This document shows positions 1 through 13,140 of a stretch of DNA of 64,000 bases, piece by piece. The number at the start of each line of letters is the position of its first letter. The first letter of the stretch is position 1. The DNA is taken from assembly GCA_964016885.1 (NCBI GenBank), contig OZ024743.1, positions 357,306,001 to 357,370,000 of the forward strand, written 5' to 3'. The DNA is from Eledone cirrhosa (lineage: Eukaryota). The notes below the pieces were generated by a model that saw nothing but the letters and a program-made list of their open reading frames with translations, was not told where the DNA came from and did no database searches. The position numbers and the translations under genes were made by a program.

Positions 1-777
1 CTGCAATCTTTGTCAGATATGTGTGAGCAGATTACAAAGCAAGTGAACACCCCTAGTGTAAAATCTGAAGAAAAAATTCTGTCCAGTTCTAGTGATATAA
101 ATAAGGAAGAGAATTCCAAAAGCCCCGCAGCAAGTGCTGAAAAGAAACCAAGTAAAGAAGCTCTTGAAGAAAAATATCTTCAGCTGCCACCAACTACAGA
201 GCCTAGCTCATCACATTCCTCTGCTCTCGATTCTTTAAGCAGTTTTGTCTATGGTCAGCCAATGACATGTGAACACCCCCTAGATAGCTTACAAAAACTG
301 ATAACAAACACAGATAGCATGAAATTACCTCCAAATGATAGCCATCCCCCCAAGTGCCACACAGTTATTCCCTCTTCATCACCAGAGATTGCTATTCCAT
401 TGAATTTATCAACAAAATGTCAAAAAGATGAAGACAAAGAAAAGATTTCTGACCGGGAAGAATCGTCTGTCTTGGACAATTCTACTGATGCTGGCCATGG
501 GGATCTAACTTCTCCAGCCAGTGACTCTGATAGTGGTGATTATAAATGTCCAGCCTGTAGCCGGCAGTGTGCGTCAAAAGGCTCCTGTCGCTACCACCTA
601 AGCCGGTGTCATTTGTCATCCGTGAAAAAATTTAGCATTCGCGATCCATTCAGCATGAGTCCGTTTGTCTATCTACCTCTGGATCATACGGCTAAGTTCA
701 CCAAGTATTATGAGATGGCACATGAACTCGCAAACAAAGGCAGTGTGTCACATGAACTCACAGCAAAGGGCAAGTAA
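1..777 (+). CDS. tsh: 3' end (last coding exon, 5'-partial) of a teashirt/tiptop-family C2H2 zinc-finger transcription factor
   Basis: Frame open from base 1 to TAA at 775-777. Contains HPLDSLQKL, a CtBP-type PLNLS motif, terminal finger CPACSRQCASKGSCRYHLSRCH and KFTKYYEMAHEL. These match the invertebrate Tsh/Tio C-terminus (SKGAYRHHLSK.H ... KF.KY.ELA..L) as I recall it. Confidence 0.8.
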   Translation: MQSLSDMCEQITKQVNTPSVKSEEKILSSSSDINKEENSKSPAASAEKKPSKEALEEKYLQLPPTTEPSSSHSSALDSLSSFVYGQPMTCEHPLDSLQKLITNTDSMKLPPNDSHPPKCHTVIPSSSPEIAIPLNLSTKCQKDEDKEKISDREESSVLDNSTDAGHGDLTSPASDSDSGDYKCPACSRQCASKGSCRYHLSRCHLSSVKKFSIRDPFSMSPFVYLPLDHTAKFTKYYEMAHELANKGSVSHELTAKGK

Positions 778-812
778 CCACAACATAACAACTGTGGAAA
801 CTACAGCTCTAG

Positions 813-835
813 AAATAAATAAATAAAATAAAATA
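813..835 (+). promoter_or_regulatory. Cluster of AATAAA hexamers, possible polyadenylation signal
   Basis: aaataaataaataaaataaaa ~35 nt after the stop codon; could simply be an (AAAT)n repeat. Confidence 0.3.
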
Positions 836-1680
836 AATATTATAAATACAGATATCTATATTGACGTGTGATGGTGTATGTGTGTATGCATGCGTGTGTG
901 TGTGTATGTTACTATTTACGTTGGTGTATGATTGTACATGAGTGTACATACATGTATAAATATATATGTATGTGTGTATATATGTATAAATATATAAATA
1001 AATATACATATGTGTATGGATGTATGTATATTTACATGCATATATATCTATGTATGTATGTATATATGTATATTATGACGATTCAATGTATGTTAATTTG
1101 CATACAAGAAGTGTGTGTATTACAATTAATATTATCATTATGATTATTAATATTATTATTATTATTATTATTATTACTATTATTATTATGCAAGGATATT
1201 CTTGTAATCTTTATTATCATTGATATATAAATATCTCCCCACCCCCTACTCATTCCAACACACCAGGAGTTCGCTATTTTTTCTCTCTCGTCTTCTTTCA
1301 TTGTTTTTTGTTTTTTTTTTTCCTCTCAAAATATTATAAAAAAATTCATTAAAATTGTTTCACTTTTTTTTCAAATTTCTTTCATGTTGTTTTTAAAAAA
1401 AGAAAAATATTTGTTGTTTACACATTGTTGTCTGCTTCTTGGCATTTGTGTATTTTAAAAATATCTTGTTAGTTTCAGTGATTGAACTACAGCCATGCTG
1501 GGGCACTGCCCTTCAAAGTTTTATTGTTGACCAGTGGACATCAATAATGGTAATAGTATTGAACTTATCAATTTTGGATTACCGGATATATGAACAAACA
1601 TACAAACTGGGAAATTTGGGTTTTGATAAATTAATGGCTCGCATAAGAGAAACTCTGGAGGATTTGGGCTTTCTCGTTTG

Positions 1681-1848
1681 TGGATTGGCAGTATCGGTAG
1701 AGGGTCGGACGCCATGCTTTCCAGCATAGTTACGTCCCTTTACGATCTGAGTTCAAATCCCGCCTTTCATCCTTACAGGGTCGATAAAATAAAGTACCAG
1801 TAATGCACTGGGTAATTGCTGGCCTTGTGCCTAAAGTAGAAACAATTA
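1681..1848 (+). mobile_element. tRNA-derived SINE (Meta-domain-like core), copy with a small internal deletion
   Basis: Box A-like TGGCAGTATCGG, box B GTTCAAATCC, core GCCTTTCATCCTTAC.GGGTCGATAAAATAAAGTACCAG, (ATT)-type tail; at least 15 copies in the window. Confidence 0.85.
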
Positions 1849-1859
1849 TGTAACAAGAG

Positions 1860-2480
1860 TTTAGTCCCTAATACTGGTAGTCTATTGTTAGGGTGTTTGG
1901 GTCTATAGTTACTTTGATGCTCTGGTGTATGGAGTTAGCTATTTGCTGGGTGCTCTCCATGGTGTAAACTTCTAATTCGGGTTCATAGGTACTCTCTTGT
2001 GTGTGTGTGTGTGGGGGGGGGGTATTACTATATTAATGTCATCTACATGATGAGGGCTATATTGTTCTCTGTCAGGCGTTCTGTGAGTCTCCTTTCCCAC
2101 CATACTATAAAATAGGTTGGCAACATCGCCAGCTATGCTGACGCCAATGAGGCTCCTTCGTCATTGGTGTATGTTTTCTTATTAAATTTGATCATGTGGC
2201 CCTTTAGAGTAGTTTTAGTACTAACCCCTACTGAATGTACGATCATCTTTCTCACCTGATCATTCTTCTCGGGTGTCCATAGGGCTGTGGTCCACCACTC
2301 CTTCCATCTTCCTATGGAATCTTTTTTGCTATCAAAGTTATTGTAGGGTGTCTACCTCTTATAGGTCTACTAGAGCAGAAACTGATTATCTAGATATTCT
2401 CTGTTACATTTAAGTCTAAGTAGGAAGCCCAGTTATTGAAAAACAAGGTTTATTTCTCAATATTGTCCCTGGAAAGAAAC
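1860..2480 (-). pseudogene. Penelope-like retroelement reverse transcriptase remnant
   Basis: Minus-strand translation across frameshifts gives GVSIAGDVANLF..VWWERRL, VDDINIV and TMESTQQIANSIHQSIKVTID..HPNNRLPVL, resembling PLE RT motifs B'-E. Confidence 0.7.
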
Positions 2481-2648
2481 AATGCAGTTATTAATTAGAA
2501 GAGTTGAAATTAATGCATGGCAAAAATTCACAACACTACCATCACTCCTTCAGAGTCAGCCTATGAACTTTTCAATTGACCCTCATATATATATATATAA
2601 TAGAAAGAGGGAGAGAGATGAGTATATATATATATATATATATATATA

Positions 2649-2841
2649 ACAAAGGTGTGGTAAGGTACCAGGTGGACCATAAGGCACCAGAATACTCGAT
2701 TCTTGGGGGTAGTAGAGTGTAATAGGAAAAGAGTCAGGAACCCGACGGCTGAGCTCCGGCCGTTTCGACAGCTAGATCTGAACTAACCCACCAGTCTGCT
2801 GGCTTAGTTCAGATCAACCGCCGGGGTCCTGACTCTTTTCC

Positions 2842-2842
<1 letters not shown>
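2649..2842 (-). mobile_element. PLE pseudo-LTR fold-back fragment (family G) with the 3' half of a hammerhead
   Basis: Flanked by (TA)n; minus strand reads GAAA-CGG..CCG-UC; homologous to 12061, 41377 and 55705. Confidence 0.65.
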
Positions 2843-2885
<43 letters not shown>

Positions 2886-2886
2886 T

Positions 2887-3012
2887 ATAAGGAAAAAAGA
2901 TGAAATCGAAAATGCAACTGGAGTCTTTTTTTTTTTTTTTAAATATATTTATTTAAAATATAAAAAAAAAAAAGACTCCAGTTGCATTTTCGATTTCATC
3001 TTTTTCCTTATA
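2887..3012. repeat. Inverted repeat (about 50-bp arms) next to (TA)n
   Basis: aaggaaaaaagatgaaatcgaaaatgcaactggagtcttt pairs with aaagactccagttgcattttcgatttcatctttttcctt. Confidence 0.85.
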
Positions 3013-3769
3013 CGTTCACTCGTGTAGGACACCTCGTTTTTTTTTCATTTTGTAAAAAAACCTCACTTTCTAATATATGAGAGAGAGAGAGAGAGAGAGA
3101 GAATAACCAAGTTATACTTAAAACATAATTTTAATTCTATGTAGAGCGACGGCCAGGCCACCATACATACGAGGTATAAGTCCCTCGCTCTACATATCTT
3201 CAGGAATTCAGATATTGTTAGAAGTTTCAAAAGTTATACATACAAGAGATAATACCATACCATAGAATAGGTTATACTAGATCAATTATTACATTGAAAA
3301 TTACAAGCACAATCAAAAGTAACAACAAAGCAGAAGCGGTATTAAAAACAATATATGAAAATGTAGTACTTCTGTACATCCGTACATTAACGGACATATG
3401 ATTAAAAATTACACGATAATTTAAATGTGCATATTGACCAGAAAAAGACATTAGTTAATCAATTATGCGTTAGGCGTATAAAAATATATAAAAATGAAAA
3501 AGATGTTTATAACTTTCTTAAGAATTCTAGTTTAAAAGTATTTTTTCCTGATAAGATGACTTCCAACGGTACAAAAACATCTCTAACAGTAAACCAGTGG
3601 TATCAATCTTATAATATAATATGAGATGAGGTACCAATACATAAATAAATATAGAAAGATAGATAATTAAACAATTATTTTGCAGAAGTACATAGAATGT
3701 TCACCAAATGTATGTATAAAAATATACATATGAAAACACAATGTTATAATTATTGTTATTAATTTAATT

Positions 3770-4420
3770 GAACTGGATCTGCGAGCCACACCAATGTCGC
3801 TGCTTATCCACTGTGGACTCTTTCGGCCTCCACCCGCTTTCCTGTCACCACAGTGCCGGCCGCCCTCCACGCCATGCTGCCCTCAACGAGGTCATAAAGC
3901 ATGGCTTGGACGCTGCAGGCTTCGCTTTCCGGTGAGGCTGGACCGAGGGGACGACAAAAGGCCAGATGGCATGACAATCTTCCCGTTCTGCGGTGGCAAA
4001 CCCCTCGTCTGGGATGCCACTTGCACCGACACTTTCTGCAGCCGCAAACTGGTGCAGTCTGCGACTAACCCACGTCGGGCTGAGGAGGCCAAACTCCTCA
4101 AATACCGGTCGCTCTCCGACAGGTTCGCAGTTGTACCCTTGGCAGTGGAGACTTCTGGTGTCCTCGGCCCTAGGGCTACCTCTCTACTCACCACCATAGG
4201 CGCTGAGCTGGCCAGCCGCAGGTGTGAGCCCCGCGAGTTGGAGTGGCTTTTCCAGCGCGTCTCCGTTGCCGTCCTTCGGGGAAACGCTTTCTTCATTCTG
4301 TCCGCCCGGGCTGTGGGGAGACAAGCCGATTATATTACGAATTCTGTTGAATAGTCTTAAATACGTCTATATATTAGATCTAAGAACTTACCTATGTTAA
4401 TGATCATATGTCTCTGTTAC
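3770..4420 (+). mobile_element. 5'-truncated CRE-clade non-LTR retrotransposon (restriction-like endonuclease domain)
   Basis: GC-rich island; ORF 3794-4354 has KRPDGMTIFPF.GGKPLVWDATCTDT, AEEAKLLKY, PLAVETSG and LFQRVSVAVLRGNA. Confidence 0.8.
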
Positions 4421-4693
4421 TAAATATATATATATATAGAAACCCACAAAGTAAATAATTAAACTACAAATTTACCCTGCATCTCGATGGAAAGTAGCTT
4501 CGTGGTTACTATTATTACTCACCTCTAACATATTTAGTAAATTGGAGCAACATATTTTATCGCACGAGGTTGTGCTATTATCAAATCACCACCGGAAAAT
4601 CAAGTGGTATTAGGCGGGTTTGAGGCAACTGTGTATTGTTTCTAGGGTATACTATAGTATTAAAAACTGCTAGATGTGCAGGTTCATTATTAG

Positions 4694-4880
4694 TGGATTG
4701 GCAGTATCGATAGAGGGTCGGACACTATACTTTGACGTATAGAGTTACGCCCCTTGCCATTCTGAGTTCAAATCCCGCCAAGGATAACTTTGCCTTTCAT
4801 CCTTCCCGGGTCGATAAAATAAAGTATCAGTAATGCACTGTGTAATTGCTGGCCTTGTGCCAAAAGTAGAAATAATTATT
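4694..4880 (+). mobile_element. tRNA-derived SINE copy
   Basis: Same consensus as 1681. Confidence 0.85.
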
Positions 4881-5850
4881 AAATAATAAAACTAGTTGTG
4901 CAATTTATACTAAACAGCTTATATAATTATTATTGCTAGATCAATTCTGCAAGATTTTATATCACAATTCCGTGCTAAGTATAGTAAGCGATATCTGTGA
5001 GGTACAAATAAATATAAGATGGGATTATAGTGTATATCCACTCTATGAAAAAACGACTGAAAGGTCTATAGAGGACAAGCACTAACAGGCAGCCAGAATT
5101 ATCGCCCGTGTGCTTAGGTGTCCCTACGATTACATAATCCAAAGTCTCCTACTTGTTAGATCAATTGGGTTTTTAGGAATTAATAGATCATGCTTATATT
5201 AGTCAGGGCAAGGTCAGATTTTATCTTCATTGTCTAAGGTGGCATCGGTAGGGAATCAGTAGAGGTATAACATGTTCATTTCACCAGAACATTTTGCAAC
5301 CAATTGAGGTATAATCCGATACCCCAATATGGGTAGGACAGATGCTAGAAAGAGGGACACTTAAAATCCCAAGATAGACGCGCAACACAACCCACTCCGT
5401 CATAGTATCTTAGAATATGTACCGAGGCCACCATAGTAATCATGGTCAAGGTACACCCACGATAGAAAGTGGCTCCATAATTCAAAATCCAAATATAAGT
5501 GAAAAAACAGACTGGCATATTATAGGTTCAATCAAGTTACTAAGTTAATTCAAATAAACAAGATATGTATTAGGATAGAGAGGGAGAGATAGAATATAGG
5601 GAATCTAAGGGGATTTAACCGTCAATTATAATAAAATCTTTCCAGGATCTAAGATATAAGTTACGCTTTCACTTAATACCAAGTATAAAAAAAAGGAGTG
5701 GGAGTTTCTATGTGGGCAAGTCGAGAGAATCTCAGATTTTTTAATTAGAATTTCATGCTTTGATTTTAATAAGCACAAACACTTCGTAAGGCAAGCGTTA
5801 CACATCTTATTCGTCGGCTGGTATGATTGGGCGATATATAGGACCTTATA

Positions 5851-5924
<74 letters not shown>

Positions 5925-5926
<2 letters not shown>

Positions 5927-6200
5927 CTTGGTGCTACTGGTAACATGTATCCCAGTACAACCTGTCTCATGGTCGGGTCGTTGGCGACTAAACTGGCAAC
6001 CCCACCAAGGTTTCTTGGTGAGGAGGGTGACTTTGGACATCCTGCAGGACTAAAAACAAAACCTGTCAAAGGGCAAAGGAGCTCTTAAGAGTCAATGGCC
6101 ATCCAAAATCACCAGGAGAGATGACCCCTTAGCCTTTGTCAAGGCAGAATTCTAGGAGAAGGAAAACTCTGATATAACACCTGCAACCCTGATGGTATCC
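5925..6200 (+). mobile_element. RTE-type LINE 5' UTR-like fragment
   Basis: ggcagaattctaggagaaggaaaactctga resembles RTE 5' UTR motifs; lies between (TA)n runs. Confidence 0.4.
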
Positions 6201-6525
6201 AATGATGTTGACTTGTTCTTCTTTTTGGTAAATATCATCTTGGTTAAGAGAGTGGGACTGGCTTTGTGCAGTGCCTTTGCTCACTATAAAAGCTTCACGG
6301 CACAGGCATTGCTTTATATCTGGAGATCTCTCTGCACTTGTCGTCACATGGTACCAAAGGCAATGCACTATGTGTCAATAATTGTCACAAGTGTAGTGTT
6401 TGTACCAGAGCTTTTAAGTCGCTGGCTGGACTAAAAAGTCACACTCGTTCAGCGCATCGGTAGGGGTTCTCCTACATGGATATAAAGTAGTGGCCGTACT
6501 CGAAAACGAGTTGGCAGCCACCATG

Positions 6526-6578
<53 letters not shown>

Positions 6579-6619
6579 CTTGCGTCACAACTTTTTGCAA
6601 CTACTGACGAGACTTGTCA

Positions 6620-7515
6620 CTGGAGTAGAGCACCAGTTAGATAGAGGGTGACCTGGTGGTGGAACAGCTCAGTGGATAGAGCCATTAAAGCCAAGGGACA
6701 GGCACGGAAAACTGAGGGTAGCAAACCGGTACCAAACAACGGGTATACACAGCTTGGAGAGAGGATGAAGAAAGAAAGTTTGCCAACGTCCTGAGACGTG
6801 AGGATCAGAGACGCGAAGTGTTCTACATTGGAAGGTAGTGTGTCAGTGTAAATCGTGATGTTGTTTGGGGAAACTGTGTTAGAAATGACACCGGTGCATT
6901 TAGCACCACTGATGCTCAAAAGAATGAGGCCTGAAAATGTTACTATGAGAATTTAGAGAATGAACGGGAGGAAGAGAAACTACTCCCAACCTACCCAACT
7001 GAAGGACCAGCTATTGAAGTTAACAGTTATATGGTTAAAGAAACAATCAAAGAGATGAAGAATGGTAAAGCTGCGGCATAGTCAGAGATAGTTGCTGCAA
7101 TTCTAAAAGCATCAGGTGAATTAGTATCCCACATAGTCAATCAGGTAATACAGGACGGTGTCATACCAAATGACAGTACAATCAGAAATTGCTATAAAGG
7201 AAAAGGTGATACTCTAGAAAGGAGTAGCTGTAGAGGAATGAAACAAATGGACCAAGTTATGAAAGTGATGGAAAGAGTTATAGTCCAAATAATTAAAGAA
7301 AGAGGCAAATTAAATAAAATGCAGTTTGGTTTCATGCCTGAGAAAGTACTACAGATGTCCTCTTCTTAGTGAGGCAACCACTATACTCAGCTTTTGTTAA
7401 TCTAGAAAAGAGGAACGCAACGAGTTGTATGTGAAGGAGTGGAAAAATATATGAGAAGGACCTGTCCAACCCATGTAAGCGTTGATAAATGGACGTAAAT
7501 ACGACGATGATGATG
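6620..7515 (+). pseudogene. Degenerate RTE LINE (RT N-terminus and 3' tail)
   Basis: IKEMKNGKAA, CYKGKGDTLERSSCRGMK; homologous to the 28832 copy; ends in GGACGTAAA..(GAT)n. Confidence 0.75.
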
Positions 7516-8444
7516 ATATATATGTGCATATATACATACATATATATGTGTGTGCAATCATCACCATTATCATCATCACCAGAACCACGTCCGCTTTCCC
7601 TGCTAGCAAGGATTGTACCGTCTCATGTTCCCACTAAGTGCACAGGTGAGTTTGTCATGTCTTTGACACAACTGAGGGTACCCAAATCTTTTGTTTGGCA
7701 AGATTTCTATTGCTGGATGCCCTTCCTCTTACGAATCACTTTACAGCATGTACTAGGGAAGCTGTCCTGTCCTTGACATGATTCAAAGGTCCTCTCGAAC
7801 CTTTGTTTGGCAAGCCCTCCATGGCTGAATGCCCTTCTCATCACCCATCATTTTATAGGGGCGCAGCAGCTTCTGGGGTTTCTCTACATTTCTTTATGCA
7901 GCTGCTATCTTCCTTGGGCATCGCATGTCCATAATTATGCCGTATTCTTTCTTGCACACTACATCCAATTCCCCTTATACTATGTCCTCCAAACACACTA
8001 ACATTACACATCCATACTTCACTAATTTCTTTCCAGCCTCAACAGGTCTTCTGCAATCAAGGCCCATGTTTTACTGCCGTGTAACATTGCAGTTCGCACA
8101 CAAGCATCATACAGTCAACAACCCTTCACTCTGAGAAAAAAAACCTTTTGTTGTTAGCAGCGGTAATAGATATCTGAATATCTTCCAGCCTGTTCTTATC
8201 CTAGCTATTACACTTTCAACGCATCCTCCCTCACTACTAATTGGATCGCCTTGGTAGCAAAAGCTGTTGACAACTTATAGAAAGATTCTCTGGCAGCCGA
8301 GGGAATCTGTTCCGCGTGTGCTCTTTGTACTTTCTTCCCATATGCATCTGCTGCATATATTGGGACGTCAAGTACGAAATTTGTATAAAACATTAACAAA
8401 CTTTGTTTTTTCTACAAATTTCATACTTGACGACCCAATATATT

Positions 8445-8485
<41 letters not shown>

Positions 8486-8573
8486 AGCACGTGGGTGAAA
8501 ACACGGAAGACACAAGCACAAGGACAATTCTCGCTCATCGGTCTTCTGTTTCATCATTATAGTTTCGAATGCA

Positions 8574-8609
<36 letters not shown>

Positions 8610-8809
8610 CCACAGCAAACCATATTCGAGGACACGTGTTTCATCCGAATGATTGATTTTTCAAATCATGTATGGTTATATATATACATAACCATGCACG
8701 AGTTGAAAAATCTATATCGAACTCATCCTTTGGACTGAGTGCTCTACCAACTTTAGATATAACCTCCAGGTTTTTTACTACTATATATATATGCACATAT
8801 ATATTTAAT

Positions 8810-10654
8810 CTAGCGGTCACCCGGCCTTCGCCCCGGTCTGTACTGTGCTCAAATGTATTCATAAGGCACTTATTGACATCTATCATAAGGCCAATACAGA
8901 AAGTAATAAAGAAAATAACAGAAAAATGTATTCTACAAAAATTCTAAAACATTTACAGAACTTCAGTATATATAATGTATATATGTACAATGTTTAAACT
9001 TTTTTCTTTGGAGCATATATGAAGAGTTTGTGGGGGATTCAGACTCTGGAACTACCTACATACAATTGACCATGGGAGAAATAGCCCTCCTTGTTGATAG
9101 ATTTATAGGAAACATCTGTGAGAGATTTTTGTTGATGGCATTCACTGTGATATTTTTGTGGACAAGGATTGCTCTTTCACACAGCCACTCCTCGTTGGAA
9201 TGGTGGATTTCGAAATTGGAGACACCTGATTAATTAAACTATCAACGCTTTTCACAACAGCACAAAATGATGAAAGATCAAATCATATTTCAGTATCAGA
9301 AGCTTTCCCCAAATTTTCATACATCTTTGCAATACTTGGACAGCTCCTGAGTCCTTTATATGACATATGGATATTTCATTCAAACTGAGGCCCAAGTTCA
9401 ATTTGAAAGTAGAATGAGCTGTCCGACCTCCAGGTAAAAGTGTATCGGCAATTCTAGATGAAGCAACCACTAAAGCTATTTTTTGGTCTTGTCGTATAGG
9501 TTTATCAAAAAGCTTTTACCAGTTACACCCAGAGTATCCATAAAAAATAGGCCACCATCCTGTTGCGTAATTGTTGCGTATAATATTATATACTGATTTT
9601 TGATTATCTAGTAGTTTTGGTTCGTTTTCGTTAACAGGAGATTAGGTATTATTCGTTGTATGAAGTTTATTGCACAATTTCATTCCTTAAGTCATAAAAT
9701 TTAGTTCTCTCGGTGCAAGGAAGGTCTAATAAATCCAGAGCAGGTCCATCAGTGTTATAATGTTCGTCTGAAAAAAGTCACTTTTATGTCAGGGCTTCTC
9801 AATTGCGCTACGTTTTTGATGTTCTCGGACATGTCAACTCTATACTTTAGCCAAAGTGCCGATGGATTGGCAATGTCACAAATTTTTAATATAATTGCGA
9901 ACACATTTCGAATACTTTTGGCAATCCGAAATGAGGCGCTTTTGCAAGTGTTGCATCCATTGATCGTCGTCTTCCAACAGATCTCTCCACATGCAGACTT
10001 CTTGATAGGTGTTGCAAATAGCACCATTCACTTTAAGAAGTTCATCAAAGCCTTGAGAACCTCCAAATTCATTAAGCAAAAATCCTCAAGTGGAAACATT
10101 CGCGCTGTCCTAGATGTATTGTGTAAATCTTACCTAATGTTGCTGCTTTACGAATTTCTGGATGATTTTCTACTGGTCTTCCTTGTTTTCACAGGTTCCA
10201 TTTTCCTCTCTGTTTATCAAAGGTGTAGTAGGATGGTATTTGTCCGTATAGTAGAGTTCGGTGCAAAGCTGTCAGTTCTTCAAAGTTCCACAAATGCTTA
10301 AAAAGTTGTCTTTCTTGGTGATGTGGCTTGTTGGACTGCAGTTTGGGCTGTAAAATACACTCGTTGTCCAGTATGGGCCTGAATTGAGAATCCCAAAATG
10401 CACCAGAATGCTTCGTTACAGCTGATATATTGGCCATGCAGGAAGTTAGACACCTCGTCGGACGTGACAGCATCGGAACACATACTTTATAAGTCCACCC
10501 TTCCCCCAACTCCGTTTTCGGGGGGGGGGGGGGGGGGGGGGGGTAGATTGCACGCATGTAGGAGGGTGGATTAATTGAAAACACTCGAAAAACATAGGAA
10601 AAAAATGTATACGCGATCGATCGCCAACGGGTACTTTTCTATAAATATAAAAGA
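8810..10654 (-). mobile_element. Internally deleted Helitron with Rep/PIF1-helicase pseudogene fragments
   Basis: DEVSNFLHGQYISCNEAFW..QRVYF, GFDELLKVNG..LLEDDDQW, VASSRIADTLLPGGRTAHSTFKL; 3' hairpin ccggggcgaaggccgg then CTAG at 8810-8813; 5' end uncertain. Confidence 0.8.
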
Positions 10655-11228
10655 CTGAGAGATTCTTATCTGTAATTCTGAGGGTTTCCTTGCCTCCATT
10701 TTCGGAAAAAGGAGCCGTTGGTGAGTGAGTCGGATGTCAGAACGGTCGAAAACAAACGAAAAAAATCAAGAAAAAAATTTTCGCTAAAGAAATCTCCAAG
10801 GCTGGGAAAATCCATGGGTTCCCCATATCACCGTCCTTGTTCCATTTTTGGAGAAAAAGTCAATTGCGAGATTGTCAGAAGACAGATTAGTTGAAAACAC
10901 GAAAAACCTTAATTATTACCAATTTTATTTAGTGTTATTTGTGATCAACAAACAATATTCAAAGTTAACTTCAATATTTTCACATTTTTTTTCTGGATTT
11001 GTATTAAGTTTTTTTTTTTTAAAGTAGGTTATGTTTTATACATTTAATAATGTTTTATACATTCAAATGATTCAGGGTGGGTTTATTTGGGATTAACGGT
11101 GATTGCAGAGATGTCGGTTTGTTAGGCGGGATAGTGCTCTAGCTTTGAAACAAGTTTATCTGTTAGTTACGGGAATGGGTCTGGTTTGTGTAGATTATTG
11201 CGCAGTGGGATTGTAGTCGCTGCATATA

Positions 11229-11411
11229 ATAATTGTTTCTACTTTAGGCACAAGGCCAGCAATTACCCAGTACATTACTGGTACTTTATTTTATCGACCC
11301 CGTAAGGATGAAAGGCAAAGTTAACCTCGGCGGGATTTGAACTCAGACTGTAAAGGGACGTAACTATGCTAGAAAGCATGGCGTCCAACCCTCTACCGAT
11401 ACTGCCAATTC
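11229..11411 (-). mobile_element. tRNA-derived SINE copy (partial second copy at 11700-11837)
   Basis: Reverse complement of the SINE consensus. Confidence 0.85.
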
Positions 11412-11663
11412 ACAATAATAGATATTGTTTGTTGTCTATTTGTATACTGAAATAGCGTAATATGAGAGCTGCAGCTTGAACAAGTATGTCTTTCCCATAC
11501 TCATATTTAGATCAGGTGGAACTCCTTACACCAACCACATTTACAGTATGGAACTGGATAGTACCGTTATGAGGCAGGAGTGGCCAGTTATATATACATA
11601 CATATATACATATATATATATATTATATATACATACACACACATATACATATATACATATACA

Positions 11664-11702
<39 letters not shown>

Positions 11703-11851
11703 CTGTTTCTACTTTAGGCACAAGGCCAGCAATTACCCAGTGCATTACTGGTACTTTATTTTATCGACCCCGTAAGGATGAAAGGCAAAGTCAACCTCGG
11801 CGGGATTTGAACTCAGATCGTAAAGGGACGTAACTATATATATAACGGCGA

Positions 11852-12011
11852 TGAATTAGTTTTGCGAGGTTTTTGATATGATATCGTGTGTCGAAACAAA
11901 TATTGTTATACTTGGGGAGGGTCATATTTGTGTAATATTGCCAGAATTAATAACAGAACACACTGTTATTAATTCTGGCAATATTACACAAATATGACCC
12001 TCCCCAAGTAT

Positions 12012-12018
<7 letters not shown>
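11852..12018. mobile_element. PLE pseudo-LTR fold-back (family E)
   Basis: Palindrome centred near 11960, (TA)n flanks; same sequence adjoins the GIY-YIG remnant at 45546-46470. Confidence 0.7.
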
Positions 12019-12060
<42 letters not shown>

Positions 12061-12062
<2 letters not shown>

Positions 12063-12240
12063 AAAAAGTATGACCCCGACGGCAGAGCTCAAGTCGTTTC
12101 GACGGCTATTTGTGGACGTCTAAACGGCTTGAGCTCTGACGTCGGAGTCATACTTTTTCCTATTACCCACTCTACTACCCTAAGTATTGAGCACTCTGTG
12201 CGTTATGGTCCATCTGTTTCCTTACCACAATTCCTTCGTT
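12061..12240 (+). mobile_element. PLE pseudo-LTR fold-back (family G)
   Basis: Inverted repeat 12061-12160 plus a tail shared with the other family G copies; (TA)n on both sides. Confidence 0.7.
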
Positions 12241-12379
12241 ATATATATATATATATATATACTCATATATATGTGTATGAAGCAATTGGCCGAAACCGCC
12301 GAGTTAATAGTTGATCCTCTATTTTTACAAATATACCTACTGTGGATCATACCATGTATCAAGCACTTCTCTGATAATA

Positions 12380-12585
12380 AAAAAAGGACGAGGTGTTAGA
12401 TCTTCATTATATTTATTGAGGTGTGATGCGCATTAGCGATTGGACAGCTCAGGGCTCTGTTATGGTAGTCCGACGAGCTTTTGATTCCAGAGACGGGCCT
12501 GGTCGATACAGAAAGAGCCCTGTTCAATCACTAATGCGCATCACACCTCAATAAATGTAATGAAGATCTAACACCTCGACCTTTT

Positions 12586-12586
<1 letters not shown>
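12380..12586. repeat. Long inverted repeat enclosing a degenerate hammerhead-like core
   Basis: Arms of about 70 bp; loop contains CCGACGA...CGATA. Confidence 0.6.
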
Positions 12587-12662
<76 letters not shown>

Positions 12663-13054
12663 AAGACACAAAGCAGGCTTTGTCTACAAACAGCTAGTGA
12701 ATTTGAAAATTAGGTAGTAACATGTGCTTACGCCGTATTTGATTAAATAGAATTAGTCTGTTAGTTGGGATATATATATATATATAACAAAATATAATAT
12801 ACATATATATATATCAAAACAGAGGAGCAGATATGATATATTATGTTAGATGCCTTAAACAAATCAAAGTGTGCCCAATGTCTAAAGACGCAATATTAAA
12901 TATTAAAGTGGAGTTAATATTTAAGTAGCACAATGATCTGGGTTCAACTCCCGTGTACATCAATACTCAGCCTTTTCCGTTTTTTAGAGGGTTTTAAACC
13001 CCACTATCAGGCTAAAATTTCTTTCGTTAAAAATATAGTGAAAGCTTCTATTGC

Positions 13055-13140
<86 letters not shown>

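Noticed and set aside
809-1301. Short YI/HT/CV-rich ORFs here and throughout the window
   Set aside because: Translations of (TA)n, (CA)n and (TG)n microsatellites
4930-5490. Possible LINE 3' remnant
   Set aside because: Too degraded for any motif I can support
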